DNA of 64,000 bases from an uncultured Gemmatimonadales bacterium (GCA_963798085.1 CAWCRS010000005.1:416001-480000), one strand, 5' to 3'. Shown: positions 54,201-64,000, counted from the stretch's first letter. Program-made: numbers and translations. Notes: generated by a model from the sequence alone, not told the origin.

Positions 54201-55571
54201 TCATTTTGCGGTGGTGAAGGAGAGGATACCACCGTGGGGATCGGTGCCCTCTGTGTTGGCGGATGCCCTGATCTCGAAGTAGTACGTGGTGCCAGGAAGC
54301 AGGCCTGCGATTGGAATAGCCCACTCGCTTGCACCGAACGCCGGGTCGCCCAAGCCATTGACGAATATCTCACGAGTGTTCGGCCCATACACGTCGGGTT
54401 CGGTGCCAAGAAAGAACATGACGAGATGCATATCGCCTGTGGTTGATCCTCTGAGCGTGGCAGTAGTGTTTCCTATGTTCGTTGCTGGCCGTGTATGAGC
54501 GTCGGGGAATCCGGAGTGGATGCTTAGATATTCGATCGGCAAGCTGACTTGTGCTACGCCGGGTGTGGTTGAGCCAACGTCAACATGAGCAAACCACCGA
54601 CCCGGGAAGCAACCCGCGGCGGTCGCGTTGCGCCATTCCAGAATGAGCTTTGTTGGAGTCGTGCTGTCAACGACTGTAGCCGCGAAGCCCAGCCAGCCTT
54701 CGTTGAAACATGGGTCGATGAAAACGACCTCAGCAGTCAGGCCGCCGATCGGTCGTCCAGAACTCGTAACCAGGATCGTATCTGCATCCGGCAGGAACCT
54801 CCGCGATGCCGAATCGAACCACCAATAGTTGTCCCAATGCTCTCGATAAAGGGACGCCGGTGTCAGAATCAGATGCGGCGGTATTGCCGCAAACTCTGCG
54901 GTCACGGCCGCCTCCGCAGTGAGCGCCAGCGGGCAGGAGCCCGGTCCCTGACACGCGCCGGTCCAGCCGGTGAACGTCGAACCGTCGGCGGGTTTCGCGG
55001 TGAGTGTAACGAGCGTGCCGTCGTCGAAGTTCCTGTGGCAGTCGCCGGTTGCCACCCCGGCGGTAAGTGTGCAGGCAATGCCTGCGGGACTCGAGGCGAC
55101 ACTGCCCGAGCCGGTGCCGGCGCCCGTCACGGTCAGCGTGTGGTGCGGCCGGCCGCGGATGTCGAACTCGGCGGTGACGACAACCGGCGAGGTGATGGGG
55201 AACTGACACGGTGTCATGCCGGTGCACGGGCCGCTCCAGCCACCGAAGATGGAACCGGACAGCGCATCGGACTTGAGCACGACGACGGTCCCGCTGTCCA
55301 CATCCACGAAGCAGCTGTCGGGTGCATTGCCCTTCGTGATGCTGCAGTTGAAGCCGAGCGGTCTGGAGCTGACCACGCCCGAGCCGCTGCCGTCGCCCCT
55401 CACGCGCAAGCGGAAACGCGTGGCGTGCCCATCCTTTCCGGCGGCGACGTCCATGACGAGTCCGGTCCGGTCCGAACCGGTTGCGCCGGGCTCGCACGCG
55501 GCGGCGAGCAGGAGAAGCGAAAGAACAGAGCGACAGGCTGCTCCGCGTCGAGCAACGGTTTTCGTCCGCAT
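54201..55571 (-). CDS. Putative surface lipoprotein with two InlB B-repeat-like domains and a C-terminal Fn3-like domain (copy A)
   Basis: Lipobox LLLAAAC; two repeats of G.GSG.V.S.P.G..C..F.GW.G.C; C-terminal GLLPGTTYYF..SFTT. Confidence 0.75.
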   Translation of the reverse strand: MRTKTVARRGAACRSVLSLLLLAAACEPGATGSDRTGLVMDVAAGKDGHATRFRLRVRGDGSGSGVVSSRPLGFNCSITKGNAPDSCFVDVDSGTVVVLKSDALSGSIFGGWSGPCTGMTPCQFPITSPVVVTAEFDIRGRPHHTLTVTGAGTGSGSVASSPAGIACTLTAGVATGDCHRNFDDGTLVTLTAKPADGSTFTGWTGACQGPGSCPLALTAEAAVTAEFAAIPPHLILTPASLYREHWDNYWWFDSASRRFLPDADTILVTSSGRPIGGLTAEVVFIDPCFNEGWLGFAATVVDSTTPTKLILEWRNATAAGCFPGRWFAHVDVGSTTPGVAQVSLPIEYLSIHSGFPDAHTRPATNIGNTTATLRGSTTGDMHLVMFFLGTEPDVYGPNTREIFVNGLGDPAFGASEWAIPIAGLLPGTTYYFEIRASANTEGTDPHGGILSFTTAK

Positions 55572-55631
55572 TGAATGGCTCCCGGGAAGAGGCACGGCGG
55601 TGGATGCCGGCATCGCGATGCTGCGCCGGCA
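54913..55631. repeat. ~720 bp near-identical direct repeat; second copy at 56655-57373
   Basis: Constant offset of 1742 bp with only scattered substitutions. Confidence 0.92.
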
Positions 55632-55936
55632 CGCGGAGCAAGTATGCATGATACCACTGACAGTGACGTGCTGAAGGTGCCCGTCGCGGTGTGTCCGCTG
55701 CTCGAGCGAGGCGCCGCCTGATTGCCCGAGGCTCCATTTCTCGGGCTGCTCGACACGTCAACCCGGAACTTCCTAACTATGCATTGCGGCCCGGTCGCAG
55801 CACCGACCCGCGGCCCGCTTGCGCTCACCACATTGCGTTGAACGCACACACGCCGGCCGCAGGACCTCACGATCCCGCGGCCGGCCTCCATCTACGGCCG
55901 TGGTGCTACGGATTCACCGCTGAGCTCCAGTGTGGG

Positions 55937-57313
55937 TTATCTGGGCGTCGTGAATGAGAGAACGCCGCCGAGAATCGCAGGCGACACGAACTCGAAGTTG
56001 ATGTACGCAAGAATCTGAAAGTAATAGCGTGTGTCCGGCGCGAGACCGTTGATTGGAATCGACCATTCGCTGTTCCCGAATGCCGGGGCAAATGGATCGG
56101 CAACGTTGATGTAACGACCAACGCCCCATGCGACGTCTGTCGAGTCGGTACCGATGATGAACCACACAGTGTGCATCTGGCCGCCGGTGGATCCGCGCAA
56201 CGTGGCGGATGTTGTGCCGATGCTGGTAGCGGGCCGCGTATTCGCTTCTGGAGCCTGTGAGCGGATCACAGCAAGCGTGATGGGGAGACTGACCGGCAGT
56301 ACGCCGGGTTCTGTCGATTCTACGTCGAAGCGGCCGGGCCATGTTGAGGCCGGGCAGCCATCATCAGCGGTTCCCCAATTCATGATGATCCGGGCTGGAG
56401 TAACGGTGTCGGCGAGAAAACCGCTCACACCGAGCCAGCCCTCGAAAAAGCAGGAATCCAGCACGAGGAACTGGCCAGATAATCCGCGAATCGGTCGGCC
56501 TGAGCTGGTGACCAGGATAGTGTCAGAATTCGGCAGGAAGGTTCGTGTGGCAGAATCGAACCACCATTCATGATCCCAGTTCTCTCGACGCAGCGATGTT
56601 CGACTGATGATCAGCCTCGGCGGAATCTCCGCGAACTCTGCGGTGATGGCTGCGTCCGCAGTGAGCGCCAGCGGGCAGGAGCCCGGTCCCTGACACGCGC
56701 CGGTCCAGCCGGTGAACGTCGAACCGTCGGCGGGTTTGGCGGTGAGTGTAACGAGCGTGCCGTCGTCGAAGTTCCTGTGGCAGTCACCGGTTGCCGCCCC
56801 GGCGGCAAGTGTGCAGGCAATGCCTGCGGGACTCGAGGCGACACTGCCCGAGCCGGTGCCGGCGCCCGTCACGGTCAGCGTGTGGTGCGGCCGGCCGCGG
56901 ATGTCGAACTCGGCGGTGACGACAACCGGCGAGGTGATGGGGAACTGACACGGCGTCATGCCGGTGCACGGGCCGCTCCAGGCACCGAAGATGGAACCGG
57001 ACAGCGCATCGGACTTGAGCACGACGACGGTCCCGCTGTCCACATCCACGAAGCAGCTGTCGGGTGCATTGCCCTTCGTGATGCTGCAGTTGAAGCCGAG
57101 CGGTCTGGAGCTGGCCACGCCCGAGCCGCTGCCGTCGCCTTTCACACGCAAGCGGAAACGCGTGGCGTGCCCATCCTTTCCGGCGGCGACGTCCATGACC
57201 AGTCCGGTCCGGTCCGAACCGGTTGCGCCGGGCTCGCACGCGGCGGCGAGCAGGAGAAGCGAAAGAACAGAGCGACAGGCTGCTCCGCGTCGAGCAACGG
57301 TTTTCGTCCGCAT
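55937..57313 (-). CDS. Putative surface lipoprotein, tandem paralogue (copy B)
   Basis: N-terminal ~220 aa near-identical to copy A; C-terminal half homologous but divergent (GLAPDTRYYF..SFTT). Confidence 0.75.
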   Translation of the reverse strand: MRTKTVARRGAACRSVLSLLLLAAACEPGATGSDRTGLVMDVAAGKDGHATRFRLRVKGDGSGSGVASSRPLGFNCSITKGNAPDSCFVDVDSGTVVVLKSDALSGSIFGAWSGPCTGMTPCQFPITSPVVVTAEFDIRGRPHHTLTVTGAGTGSGSVASSPAGIACTLAAGAATGDCHRNFDDGTLVTLTAKPADGSTFTGWTGACQGPGSCPLALTADAAITAEFAEIPPRLIISRTSLRRENWDHEWWFDSATRTFLPNSDTILVTSSGRPIRGLSGQFLVLDSCFFEGWLGVSGFLADTVTPARIIMNWGTADDGCPASTWPGRFDVESTEPGVLPVSLPITLAVIRSQAPEANTRPATSIGTTSATLRGSTGGQMHTVWFIIGTDSTDVAWGVGRYINVADPFAPAFGNSEWSIPINGLAPDTRYYFQILAYINFEFVSPAILGGVLSFTTPR

Positions 57314-57479
57314 TGAATGGCTCCCGGGAAGAGGCACGGCGGTGGATGCCGGCATCGCGATGCTGCGCCGGCAGGGCATCAGTATGCGTGTCACCAGTGA
57401 CAGTCACGGCTGGCGCAATTCGCGGTTCGGCGCGGTCCCGGCCTCGCCCGGCGGCTGCGAAACGGATTAGATTCGGAGC

Positions 57480-58640
57480 ATGTCGAAGCTCGACTCGAAC
57501 AGGCGCTCCGGTCTGCCGGACAGCGCGTTCGCCTACATCGACTCCCGCGGCAAACGCCGCCTGCCGATCAACGACGAGGCGCACGTGCGCAATGCGCTCT
57601 CGCGATTCAACCAGGTCCGGTTCGAGAGCGAGAAGGCGCGCGAGAAGGCACGCAAGCGGCTGCTCAATGCGGCCAAGAAGTTCGGCATCATGCCGGTCGG
57701 CTTCATCACGGGACAGCTCGAAACCGAGCGCAAGCACGCGACGGCGGGACGGCTGGTGATCGAACTGGGCCGGTACGGCGCGCCGGGCGAGCTGGAACAG
57801 CGGCTGCGCAGTGTGCTGCGTGACCCGACACTGTCGGTGCTGCACTGGTCGGATGCGGCGGGCGCGTACCTGAACAGTTCGGGCAGGCCGGTGTCGCTGC
57901 CCGCGGAGAGTGACGCCACGGCCGTGACGTACCTCGAGCGTGCCGGACACCCGGCGACGGCGCTGGTACACGATCCGGCCCTCCTCAACGATGCGGATAT
58001 TGCGCAGACCGTGCTCGCCGCGGTGCGTTTCGTGGTGGGAAACGATCTCGCCTACCGGCGCGAGAACGCCGAGGCCACGGATGCGGCCGCCCTGCCTACC
58101 GGCTTCCTGACGATGATGATGACGGACATCGAATCGTCGACTTCACTGCTGCACCGGCTGGGCAACCGCTATCGCGACCTGCTGAACGACGTGCGCCAGA
58201 TCCTGCGCGCTGCGGCGAGCAGCGCAGGCGGGCGCGAGGTGGATGTGCGGGCGGACGAGTTCTTTGCGGTGTTCGATCAGGCGGCGCAGGCCGTGAGCGC
58301 AGCGGTGGCGGTGCAGCGCATTGTGCTCGAGCGCACCTGGCCGGAGCAGCTCGCGGTGCGCGTGCGCGTGGGCATCCACAGCGGCGTGCCCACACTCACG
58401 GACGTGGGCTACATTGGCATGGCGGTACACACCGCGGCGCGTGTCTGCTCGGCGGCGCGCGGCGGCCAGATCGTGCTGTCCGGTGATGCCGTGGCGGCGC
58501 TGGGCGAGTCTCTGCCCGCGGGTGTGCGCGCGAGCAGTCTGGGCCCGCACCGTCTGGCGGGACTGCCCGAGATTACCGCTCTCTACCAGATCGAGGCCGA
58601 CGGGCTGCGACTGCCCGACGCGGAGACACCCGCCGGCTGA
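57480..58640 (+). CDS. Class III nucleotidyl cyclase with an N-terminal DUF6582-like domain
   Basis: LPDSAFAY..RRLPINDEAHVRNALSRFNQV; cyclase motifs TDIESST, DEFF, VRVGIHSG, AARV..A.GGQIVLS. Confidence 0.82.
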   Translation: MSKLDSNRRSGLPDSAFAYIDSRGKRRLPINDEAHVRNALSRFNQVRFESEKAREKARKRLLNAAKKFGIMPVGFITGQLETERKHATAGRLVIELGRYGAPGELEQRLRSVLRDPTLSVLHWSDAAGAYLNSSGRPVSLPAESDATAVTYLERAGHPATALVHDPALLNDADIAQTVLAAVRFVVGNDLAYRRENAEATDAAALPTGFLTMMMTDIESSTSLLHRLGNRYRDLLNDVRQILRAAASSAGGREVDVRADEFFAVFDQAAQAVSAAVAVQRIVLERTWPEQLAVRVRVGIHSGVPTLTDVGYIGMAVHTAARVCSAARGGQIVLSGDAVAALGESLPAGVRASSLGPHRLAGLPEITALYQIEADGLRLPDAETPAG

Positions 58641-58764
58641 CTAACAGCGAATTGCGAGCGCGCGCGCAGGCTCGCCCATGGCTTCCGGACACGAACGGGC
58701 GAGGGCCCGCGGCCTGCTGCCCGCGGAGCCCTCTCCTCTTGCCTGCCGCCGGCGCGCTGCCGAG

Positions 58765-58898
58765 TCAGCGCCGGAAATACCCATTGGTCAGGGTCTTCAG
58801 GAAGGCGACGACGGCGGCTTCCTGGTCGGCGTGAGACCCAGGTCGCCCAGCTCATCGACGTTCACGTTCGCCCGCACCTCGGGCGACGTTCCCAGCAT
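58765..58898 (-). pseudogene. Remnant resembling the C-terminus of a di-heme cytochrome c peroxidase (MauG/CCP family)
   Basis: Manual translation PEVRANVNVDELGDLGLT, then after a frameshift DQEAAVVAFLKTLTNGYFRR*; no CxxCH motif seen upstream. Confidence 0.6.
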
Positions 58899-59361
58899 GT
58901 AACACCCTGTTTGGACGAAGCCACCGCGGCGCATCGCGCACGGCAGGGTTCGGCATGTTCCGGTCAGGGCAAGCGGCCCATTGCAGGGAGAGCACCAGGG
59001 TCTTGCCGTACGGTGACAACTCCGGGATCGGGCGGGGCGGCGATCGGCGAAGTCGCTGACGGCCCGCGTTGTGCGCGAAGCGCACCAGTGGGCGCCGTCC
59101 CGCTGGCACGGCACAGCCGCAGCGGATGAAGGTCAGCGCTCCGTCAGGAGAGGGCGCATGGAATGGGAGAGACCTGTGCGGGCAGGCGCGCTGCCGGTGG
59201 TGACCTGCCTCGGCCTGCTCCATGTCGAGATGAGCCGGTTCCGCGGGGTCACACACACAGGCGCGGATGGGATTCCCCGGCCATCGATGCGTACGTCGGC
59301 GCGCGCATGCGGTCCTCGCGCATTCCCGGGGCTGGCCCTGGCGGGCGCTTTACGTTCTCCA

Positions 59362-59388
59362 TGTCGAAATCGAGGCCATTGCTTCGTC
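59362..59388 (+). promoter_or_regulatory. Candidate ECF42-type sigma promoter
   Basis: TGTCGA-17 bp-CGTC upstream of a DGPF/YciI gene. Confidence 0.55.
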
Positions 59389-59472
59389 GGGATGGTGAGG
59401 ACGCGCGCGGATCGTTCCGGCGCTCGTCGCTTGAGAACTGTTCGTTCACTCGAAATACAGGAGACCCGACCG

Positions 59473-59832
59473 ATGAAATTCCTGATGCTGATCAAGCACG
59501 CCGAGAGCTACCGATCCGAGCCGATTCCCCAGGGGCTGAACCATGCGATGGGTGTCTTCGTCGAGCAGTCGTTCAAGAGCGGTGTGCTCAAGGACACGGC
59601 GGGTCTCAAGCCAACGAGCGAAGGCTTTCGCGTCGGCTCCTCGGGTGGCAGGCTGACCGTGACGGACGGCCCGTTCGCCGAATCGAAGGAACTGGTGGGC
59701 GGATACGCGCTGGTGGAGGTTCCCACCCGGGAGGATGCGCTGCGGGTCGCGCGCGACTTCATGGAATTGCACCGCGTGCACTGGCCCGCGTTCGAAGGCA
59801 TCTGCGAGGTCAGGCCGGTCGAGGACATGTAG
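59473..59832 (+). CDS. YciI/DGPF-family protein
   Basis: MKFLMLIK, GLKPTS, TDGPFAESKELVGGYAL, CEVRPV; SD AGGAG. Confidence 0.9.
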   Translation: MKFLMLIKHAESYRSEPIPQGLNHAMGVFVEQSFKSGVLKDTAGLKPTSEGFRVGSSGGRLTVTDGPFAESKELVGGYALVEVPTREDALRVARDFMELHRVHWPAFEGICEVRPVEDM

Positions 59833-59844
59833 GAACGGAGGCGA

Positions 59845-59880
59845 CGAGGCTCCACCGCAGTGATCCGCGGTGGAGCCTCG
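59845..59880. terminator. Hairpin between convergent YciI and tRNA-Gly
   Basis: CGAGGCTCCACCGC-8 nt-GCGGTGGAGCCTCG perfect 14 bp stem. Confidence 0.6.
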
Positions 59881-59890
59881 GGTCATGAAG

Positions 59891-59964
59891 AGCGGGCGAT
59901 GGGATTCGAACCCACGACCCTCAGCTTGGAAGGCTGATGCTCTAGCCAACTGAGCTACGCCCGC
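59891..59964 (-). tRNA. tRNA-Gly (anticodon TCC); CCA not encoded
   Basis: GCGGGCGTAGCTCAGTTGGCTAGAGCATCAGCCTTCCAAGCTGAGGGTCGTGGGTTCGAATCCCATCGCCCGCT folds as a cloverleaf. Confidence 0.97.
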
Positions 59965-60398
59965 GCTGACGAGCCATCAGGATAACGGTAGCGCATCACC
60001 GCGATCAAGCCGCTGGGGCCTCTCCCGTCCGACAGATTGCGCCGCACCACTGCTTCCGAGCCCTGCAATCCGGGCCGGCTGCGGGATGGCGACATACCAC
60101 CAGATTCCTGCCCCGCCCTGCGGTCGACTCCGGCACGTGCACGAGCGATAACGCTCGTTACACCATCCTCACACTTGAGCCATGGCGCTGGCACCGCGGA
60201 GTTCTAGTTTCGCGCTGCAGCGCGAAAGACCAGACAGCAAGGAGCCGGCGAGTGAGCGCATCAGGAATCTCCGGGGGCAGGGCTGGGCCTGGGGCTGGTT
60301 CAACGGATTCTTCGACGGCGCGGGGCGCGGGCGAGCGGCGGCGAGGCAATTGCCCCGTTCCATGGCGCCGCGGAACCGGTTGCGCGGAGGCTGTCGTT

Positions 60399-63191
60399 TT
60401 GAGAGCAGCCACGTTCGGCCCGAGATGGAGGAGCGGCCTGGTATTGACGGGTTTGCTGATCGGGCTGGCCGCGTGCAGCCAGCCGGTGTGGATCGCTACG
60501 GCACCGGCTGACACCGCCTACACGACCGTCGACGACGGCGGCAGGACCGTGTTGCCCAACGGCCGCGTGCTGACGCCGCGTGGGCGACAGATCGAGGTAG
60601 CGCCGCACCCGTACGGCCTGGTGCTCAGCCGGGACGGGCAGGTCGCGGTGACGGCCAACTCGGGCGTCCGGCCCTTCTCGATCTCGATTCTGCGGGGAAT
60701 CGCGACCGAGCACCCCGAGGTCCAGCAGGTTCCACCCGACGCGGCGGGCGACAAGGGGGTTCTCGAATCGGTCTTCATGGGACTGGCGCTCTCGCCTGAC
60801 GGCCGGCTCGTCTACGTCGGCGGCGGACAGGAAGGCGCGATCGTGGTGTTCGATGCGGCGAGCGGCAAGCGTGTCGGAGAGATCGACTGCAACGTGACGG
60901 CGAGCGGCCGGCAGTACGAGGACAGCTACATTGGGGACCTCGTGCTGACCCGCGACGGGAGCACGCTCTACGCCGTCGACCAGACCAACTTCCGCATGAT
61001 CATCGCCTCGACCACCCGCCGTACGGTGGAATCGAGCATACCCGTGGGGCGCTACCCGTTCGGGATCACGCTCACGCCGGACGAGCAGCGCGTGTACGTC
61101 GCGAACGCGGGCCAGTACCAGTACTCGGCGGTCGAGCCGCTCACGGACAGCGCCAGGGCAGCGCGGGGTCTGGCCTTCCCTGCCTTCTCGAACGGCACAC
61201 GCGAAGCGGCGGAGGGCGTGGCAAAGGATGGGTACCAAATTCCCGGCCTGGGTGAGGCGAACGCGCCGGAAGCGTTCTCGGTCTGGGGCGTGGACGTGCA
61301 CGATCCGGCCAGCGCTCACGTGGTGTCGCGCATCAAGACGGGAATCCTGGTGGGTCAGCCCATCGAGGGTGTGCCGGCGGTCGGTGGATCGAGCCCCAAC
61401 TCGGTGGTCTCGACTGCGGACCGCGTATTCGTGAGCAACGGCAACAACGACCGCATCTCCGTGATCGACATCACAGGCGATTCGGTGGTTGCCGACATCG
61501 TGCTTCACGTGGACGACCGCCTTGGCCATCTGCGCGGCGTGATCCCCTTCGGGCTGGCGCTGTCCCCGGACGGAACGCGTTTGTATGTGGCCGAAGCGGG
61601 CATCAATGCGGTCGGTGTGATCAATGTGGCCACGCGGCGCGTGCTGGGCCACATCCCGGTGGGCTGGTTTCCCAGCAAGCTGGCGGTGACGCCGGATGGA
61701 CGATCACTGGTCGTCGCCAACGCCAAGGGCAGGGGCAGCGGACCGAACGGCGGAGCGCAGTTCGCCAGCAGCCCTGCGGGCAGCTACATCGGCAATCTCA
61801 TGCGGGGCACGGTTTCCGTGCTCACGATCCCGCCGGACAGCGCGCTCGACAGCGAGACCGCGCAGGTGATGCGGAACAATTTTCGTTTCCGCCAATCGGA
61901 CGACCCAGCGTTCCGGCGCTCGCCGGACAACAGCCCGATTCCGCTGTATCCCGGCGAGTTTTCGTCGACGATCCAGCACCTGGTGTTCATTACGAAGGAG
62001 AACCGGACGTTCGACGAGGTGCTGGGCCAGGCGGCCGGCGCACGCGGAGATCCGTCGCTGGCCCGGTTCGGGCGAGGCGTAACCGTGCGCAACAGGAAAG
62101 GAACCGCCAGCGCTTCGGGAATCACGGTAATGCCCAACCACCTGGCGCTGGCCGCGCGCTTCGCCATCGCGGACAACTTCTACTGCGATTCCGACGTTTC
62201 CGCGGATGGCCACCGCTGGCTGGCCGGCACGTTTCCCAACGAATGGGTGGAAGCGAACACGCCCGCGGCGTACGGCGGCGGCAGGAAGCTGCACTGGCCC
62301 AGCACGGCTCCCGGCATGCCGGCGCTGGTGGGATCATCCGCCGCGATCTACCCCGAGGACTACAACGAAGCGGGCTCGATCTGGGACCAGTTCGACCGTC
62401 ACAGCGTTACCTACTTCAACTTCGGGTTAGGATTCGAGTTCGCGGGCGGAGTCGAGGATGAGAGCTTCCGCCATACCGGCATCCGCATCCCGTTCAACTA
62501 CCCGATGCCCGGTTCGCTGCTCGACCACACATCCCGTCAGTTCGCGACCTTCAACATGGGTGTGCCGGACCAGTACCGCGCGGACATGTTCATCCACGAG
62601 TTCACCGAGCGATGGCTGGGCGAGGGCAAGACCATGCCCGCAGTGATCACGATGATGTTGCCCAACGACCACGGCGCGGACGAACGGCCGGCGGCAGGAT
62701 ACCCGTTCCTCGAGAGCTACATGGCCGATAACGATCTGGCGCTCGGTCGCGTGGTCGAATTCCTGTCGCACACACCGTACTGGCAGCATATGGCGATCGT
62801 CGTCACGGAAGACGATCCGCAGGGTGGCGTGGACCACGTGGACGCGCATCGCAGCATCCTCATGGTGATCTCGCCCTTTGCCCGGACCGGATACGTGGGG
62901 CGGGTTCACTACAGCTTCGGCAGCATCATGAAGACGTTCTGGAACGTGCTCGGTGTGCCCTACCTCAACCAGTACGACTTCGGCGCCAGCGACCTGGCCG
63001 ATCTCTTCACGACGACACCGGATGCGACGGCATACACCGCGTTAGCGGCGGACTCGCGCATCTTCGATCCGCGCCTGGCGCTGGAGCCCTCCGACCCGAA
63101 CTTCGACTGGAAGGCGGTCGCGAATTCACCGCGCCTGGATGACGTCGAAGACATGCAACGGATGGCAGCGGAGAAGGACAAACGGCGCTGA
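60399..63191 (+). CDS. YncE-type beta-propeller plus phosphoesterase (alkaline phosphatase superfamily) lipoprotein
   Basis: GGAGG then TTG start, lipobox LAAC, IPVG.YP propeller repeats, KENRTFDEV, SADGH.W, LPNDH, EDDPQGG.DHVDAHRS. Confidence 0.88.
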   Translation: MRAATFGPRWRSGLVLTGLLIGLAACSQPVWIATAPADTAYTTVDDGGRTVLPNGRVLTPRGRQIEVAPHPYGLVLSRDGQVAVTANSGVRPFSISILRGIATEHPEVQQVPPDAAGDKGVLESVFMGLALSPDGRLVYVGGGQEGAIVVFDAASGKRVGEIDCNVTASGRQYEDSYIGDLVLTRDGSTLYAVDQTNFRMIIASTTRRTVESSIPVGRYPFGITLTPDEQRVYVANAGQYQYSAVEPLTDSARAARGLAFPAFSNGTREAAEGVAKDGYQIPGLGEANAPEAFSVWGVDVHDPASAHVVSRIKTGILVGQPIEGVPAVGGSSPNSVVSTADRVFVSNGNNDRISVIDITGDSVVADIVLHVDDRLGHLRGVIPFGLALSPDGTRLYVAEAGINAVGVINVATRRVLGHIPVGWFPSKLAVTPDGRSLVVANAKGRGSGPNGGAQFASSPAGSYIGNLMRGTVSVLTIPPDSALDSETAQVMRNNFRFRQSDDPAFRRSPDNSPIPLYPGEFSSTIQHLVFITKENRTFDEVLGQAAGARGDPSLARFGRGVTVRNRKGTASASGITVMPNHLALAARFAIADNFYCDSDVSADGHRWLAGTFPNEWVEANTPAAYGGGRKLHWPSTAPGMPALVGSSAAIYPEDYNEAGSIWDQFDRHSVTYFNFGLGFEFAGGVEDESFRHTGIRIPFNYPMPGSLLDHTSRQFATFNMGVPDQYRADMFIHEFTERWLGEGKTMPAVITMMLPNDHGADERPAAGYPFLESYMADNDLALGRVVEFLSHTPYWQHMAIVVTEDDPQGGVDHVDAHRSILMVISPFARTGYVGRVHYSFGSIMKTFWNVLGVPYLNQYDFGASDLADLFTTTPDATAYTALAADSRIFDPRLALEPSDPNFDWKAVANSPRLDDVEDMQRMAAEKDKRR

Positions 63192-63415
63192 CGAAGGTGT
63201 CCGCCGGCCCACGCGATGCCAAAGCCCGGTGATCGGGTGACGAAGGCCCGGGCCCCGGCCAGCACGGCACGCTGACCGGATCGCCGGCCAGCGCCCACAG
63301 CGCCGGCCCCGTTTCCCAACCAGAGCGGTGCGCGGTTCCGTCGAAGGAGTGGTGGGTGCTGTTGCCATGATTAATCACACGATGTATAAGAAATCGTGTG
63401 CGCTCGAGGAATGCG

Positions 63416-63550
63416 ATGAAGGGACCGCCCACAACGTGGGAGAATTCGAGACGCTGGTCCTGCTGGCGCTCCTGCGCCTGGACAATGACGCCTACGGTAT
63501 GGAGGTACGCGAGGAAATCGAGAAGCGCACCGGGCGCGCGGTCTCCCTCC
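63416..63550 (+). pseudogene. Truncated PadR-family regulator
   Basis: GEFETLVLLALLRL..DAYGMEVREEIEKRTGRAVSL, then similarity stops before the recognition helix and wing. Confidence 0.7.
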
Positions 63551-63781
63551 CCCTGCCGCGCACTTCGGCACCCGGCGCCGGCGCGCCGCAACACCATGTT
63601 CGCTGTTTCAGCGTGACTCCGTGATGCGACGGATGCCGGTTGTCCGGGAATTGCCGACCCGGAATGGCGGAGTCACCGCTCATGAGGACTGCGCCGGATG
63701 CCCATACTTATGCGCACGGCGCGGTTGTTTACGCGCCGTGCGCAGCAATGATGTCCCCCGCAGACGCGGATCCTGGAATCG

Positions 63782-64000
63782 ATGTCGACAGAGAAACGGC
63801 CACACGTCGTCATCATCGGCGGCGGTTTTGGCGGGCTGGCGTGTGCGCGTGCCCTGGCGCGGGCGCCCGTCCGCATCACGCTGTTCGACAAGCGCAACTT
63901 CCACCTGTTCCAGCCGCTGCTCTACGAGGTCGCGACGGCCACGCTGTCGCCGGCGGACATCACCACATCGTTGCGGCACGCCTTGCGCAAACAGCGCAAC
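63782..64000 (+). CDS. ndh: Type II NADH dehydrogenase-like FAD oxidoreductase, N-terminus (runs off window)
   Basis: Manual translation MSTEKRPHVVIIGGGFGGLACARALARAPVRITLFDKRNFHLFQPLLYEVATATLSP. Confidence 0.88.
   Translation, partial: MSTEKRPHVVIIGGGFGGLACARALARAPVRITLFDKRNFHLFQPLLYEVATATLSPADITTSLRHALRKQRN

Noticed and set aside
54201..57394. Diversity-generating retroelement (template/variable repeat pair)
   Set aside because: Differences are not adenine-specific, include indels over ~700 bp, both copies are full genes, and no reverse transcriptase is present

Overview
High-GC bacterial window, most likely Gemmatimonadota (inferred from ribosomal protein and RNA polymerase sequences and a GGRGG-rich S9 peptidase; not tested phylogenetically). 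Bases 1-29.1 kb (minus strand) hold the core transcription/translation cluster: tuf-rpmG-secE-nusG-rplKAJL-rpoBC-rpsLG-fusA-tuf, then the S10 and spc operons to secY and the start of adk. The two tuf copies look identical. Bases 29.6-46.1 kb (plus strand) hold a group 1h-type (high-affinity, atmospheric-H2) [NiFe]-hydrogenase locus: hhyS, hhyL, accessory genes and hypCDE/hypAB, with no hypF. It is preceded by a three-gene module made of a second small-subunit paralogue with no large subunit of its own, a soluble PAS-PAS histidine kinase and a NarL-family regulator. This module is the best candidate for an undescribed system, a putative H2/redox-sensing circuit. A shared promoter pattern occurs upstream of both hhyS and a nickel permease at 50.2 kb. 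Bases 46-64 kb are accessory: S9 peptidase, Ni permease, deacetylase plus ATP-grasp/LMW-PTP fusion, two tandem lipoproteins with near-identical N-halves and divergent C-halves, a DUF6582-like/cyclase fusion, YciI, tRNA-Gly(TCC), a beta-propeller phosphoesterase, gene remnants and the start of ndh. Frameshifts in essential genes (adk, secY, rplO, rpoB, rpoC) indicate sequencing indels, so broken genes are mostly treated as intact. All family assignments are by eye; no searches were run.
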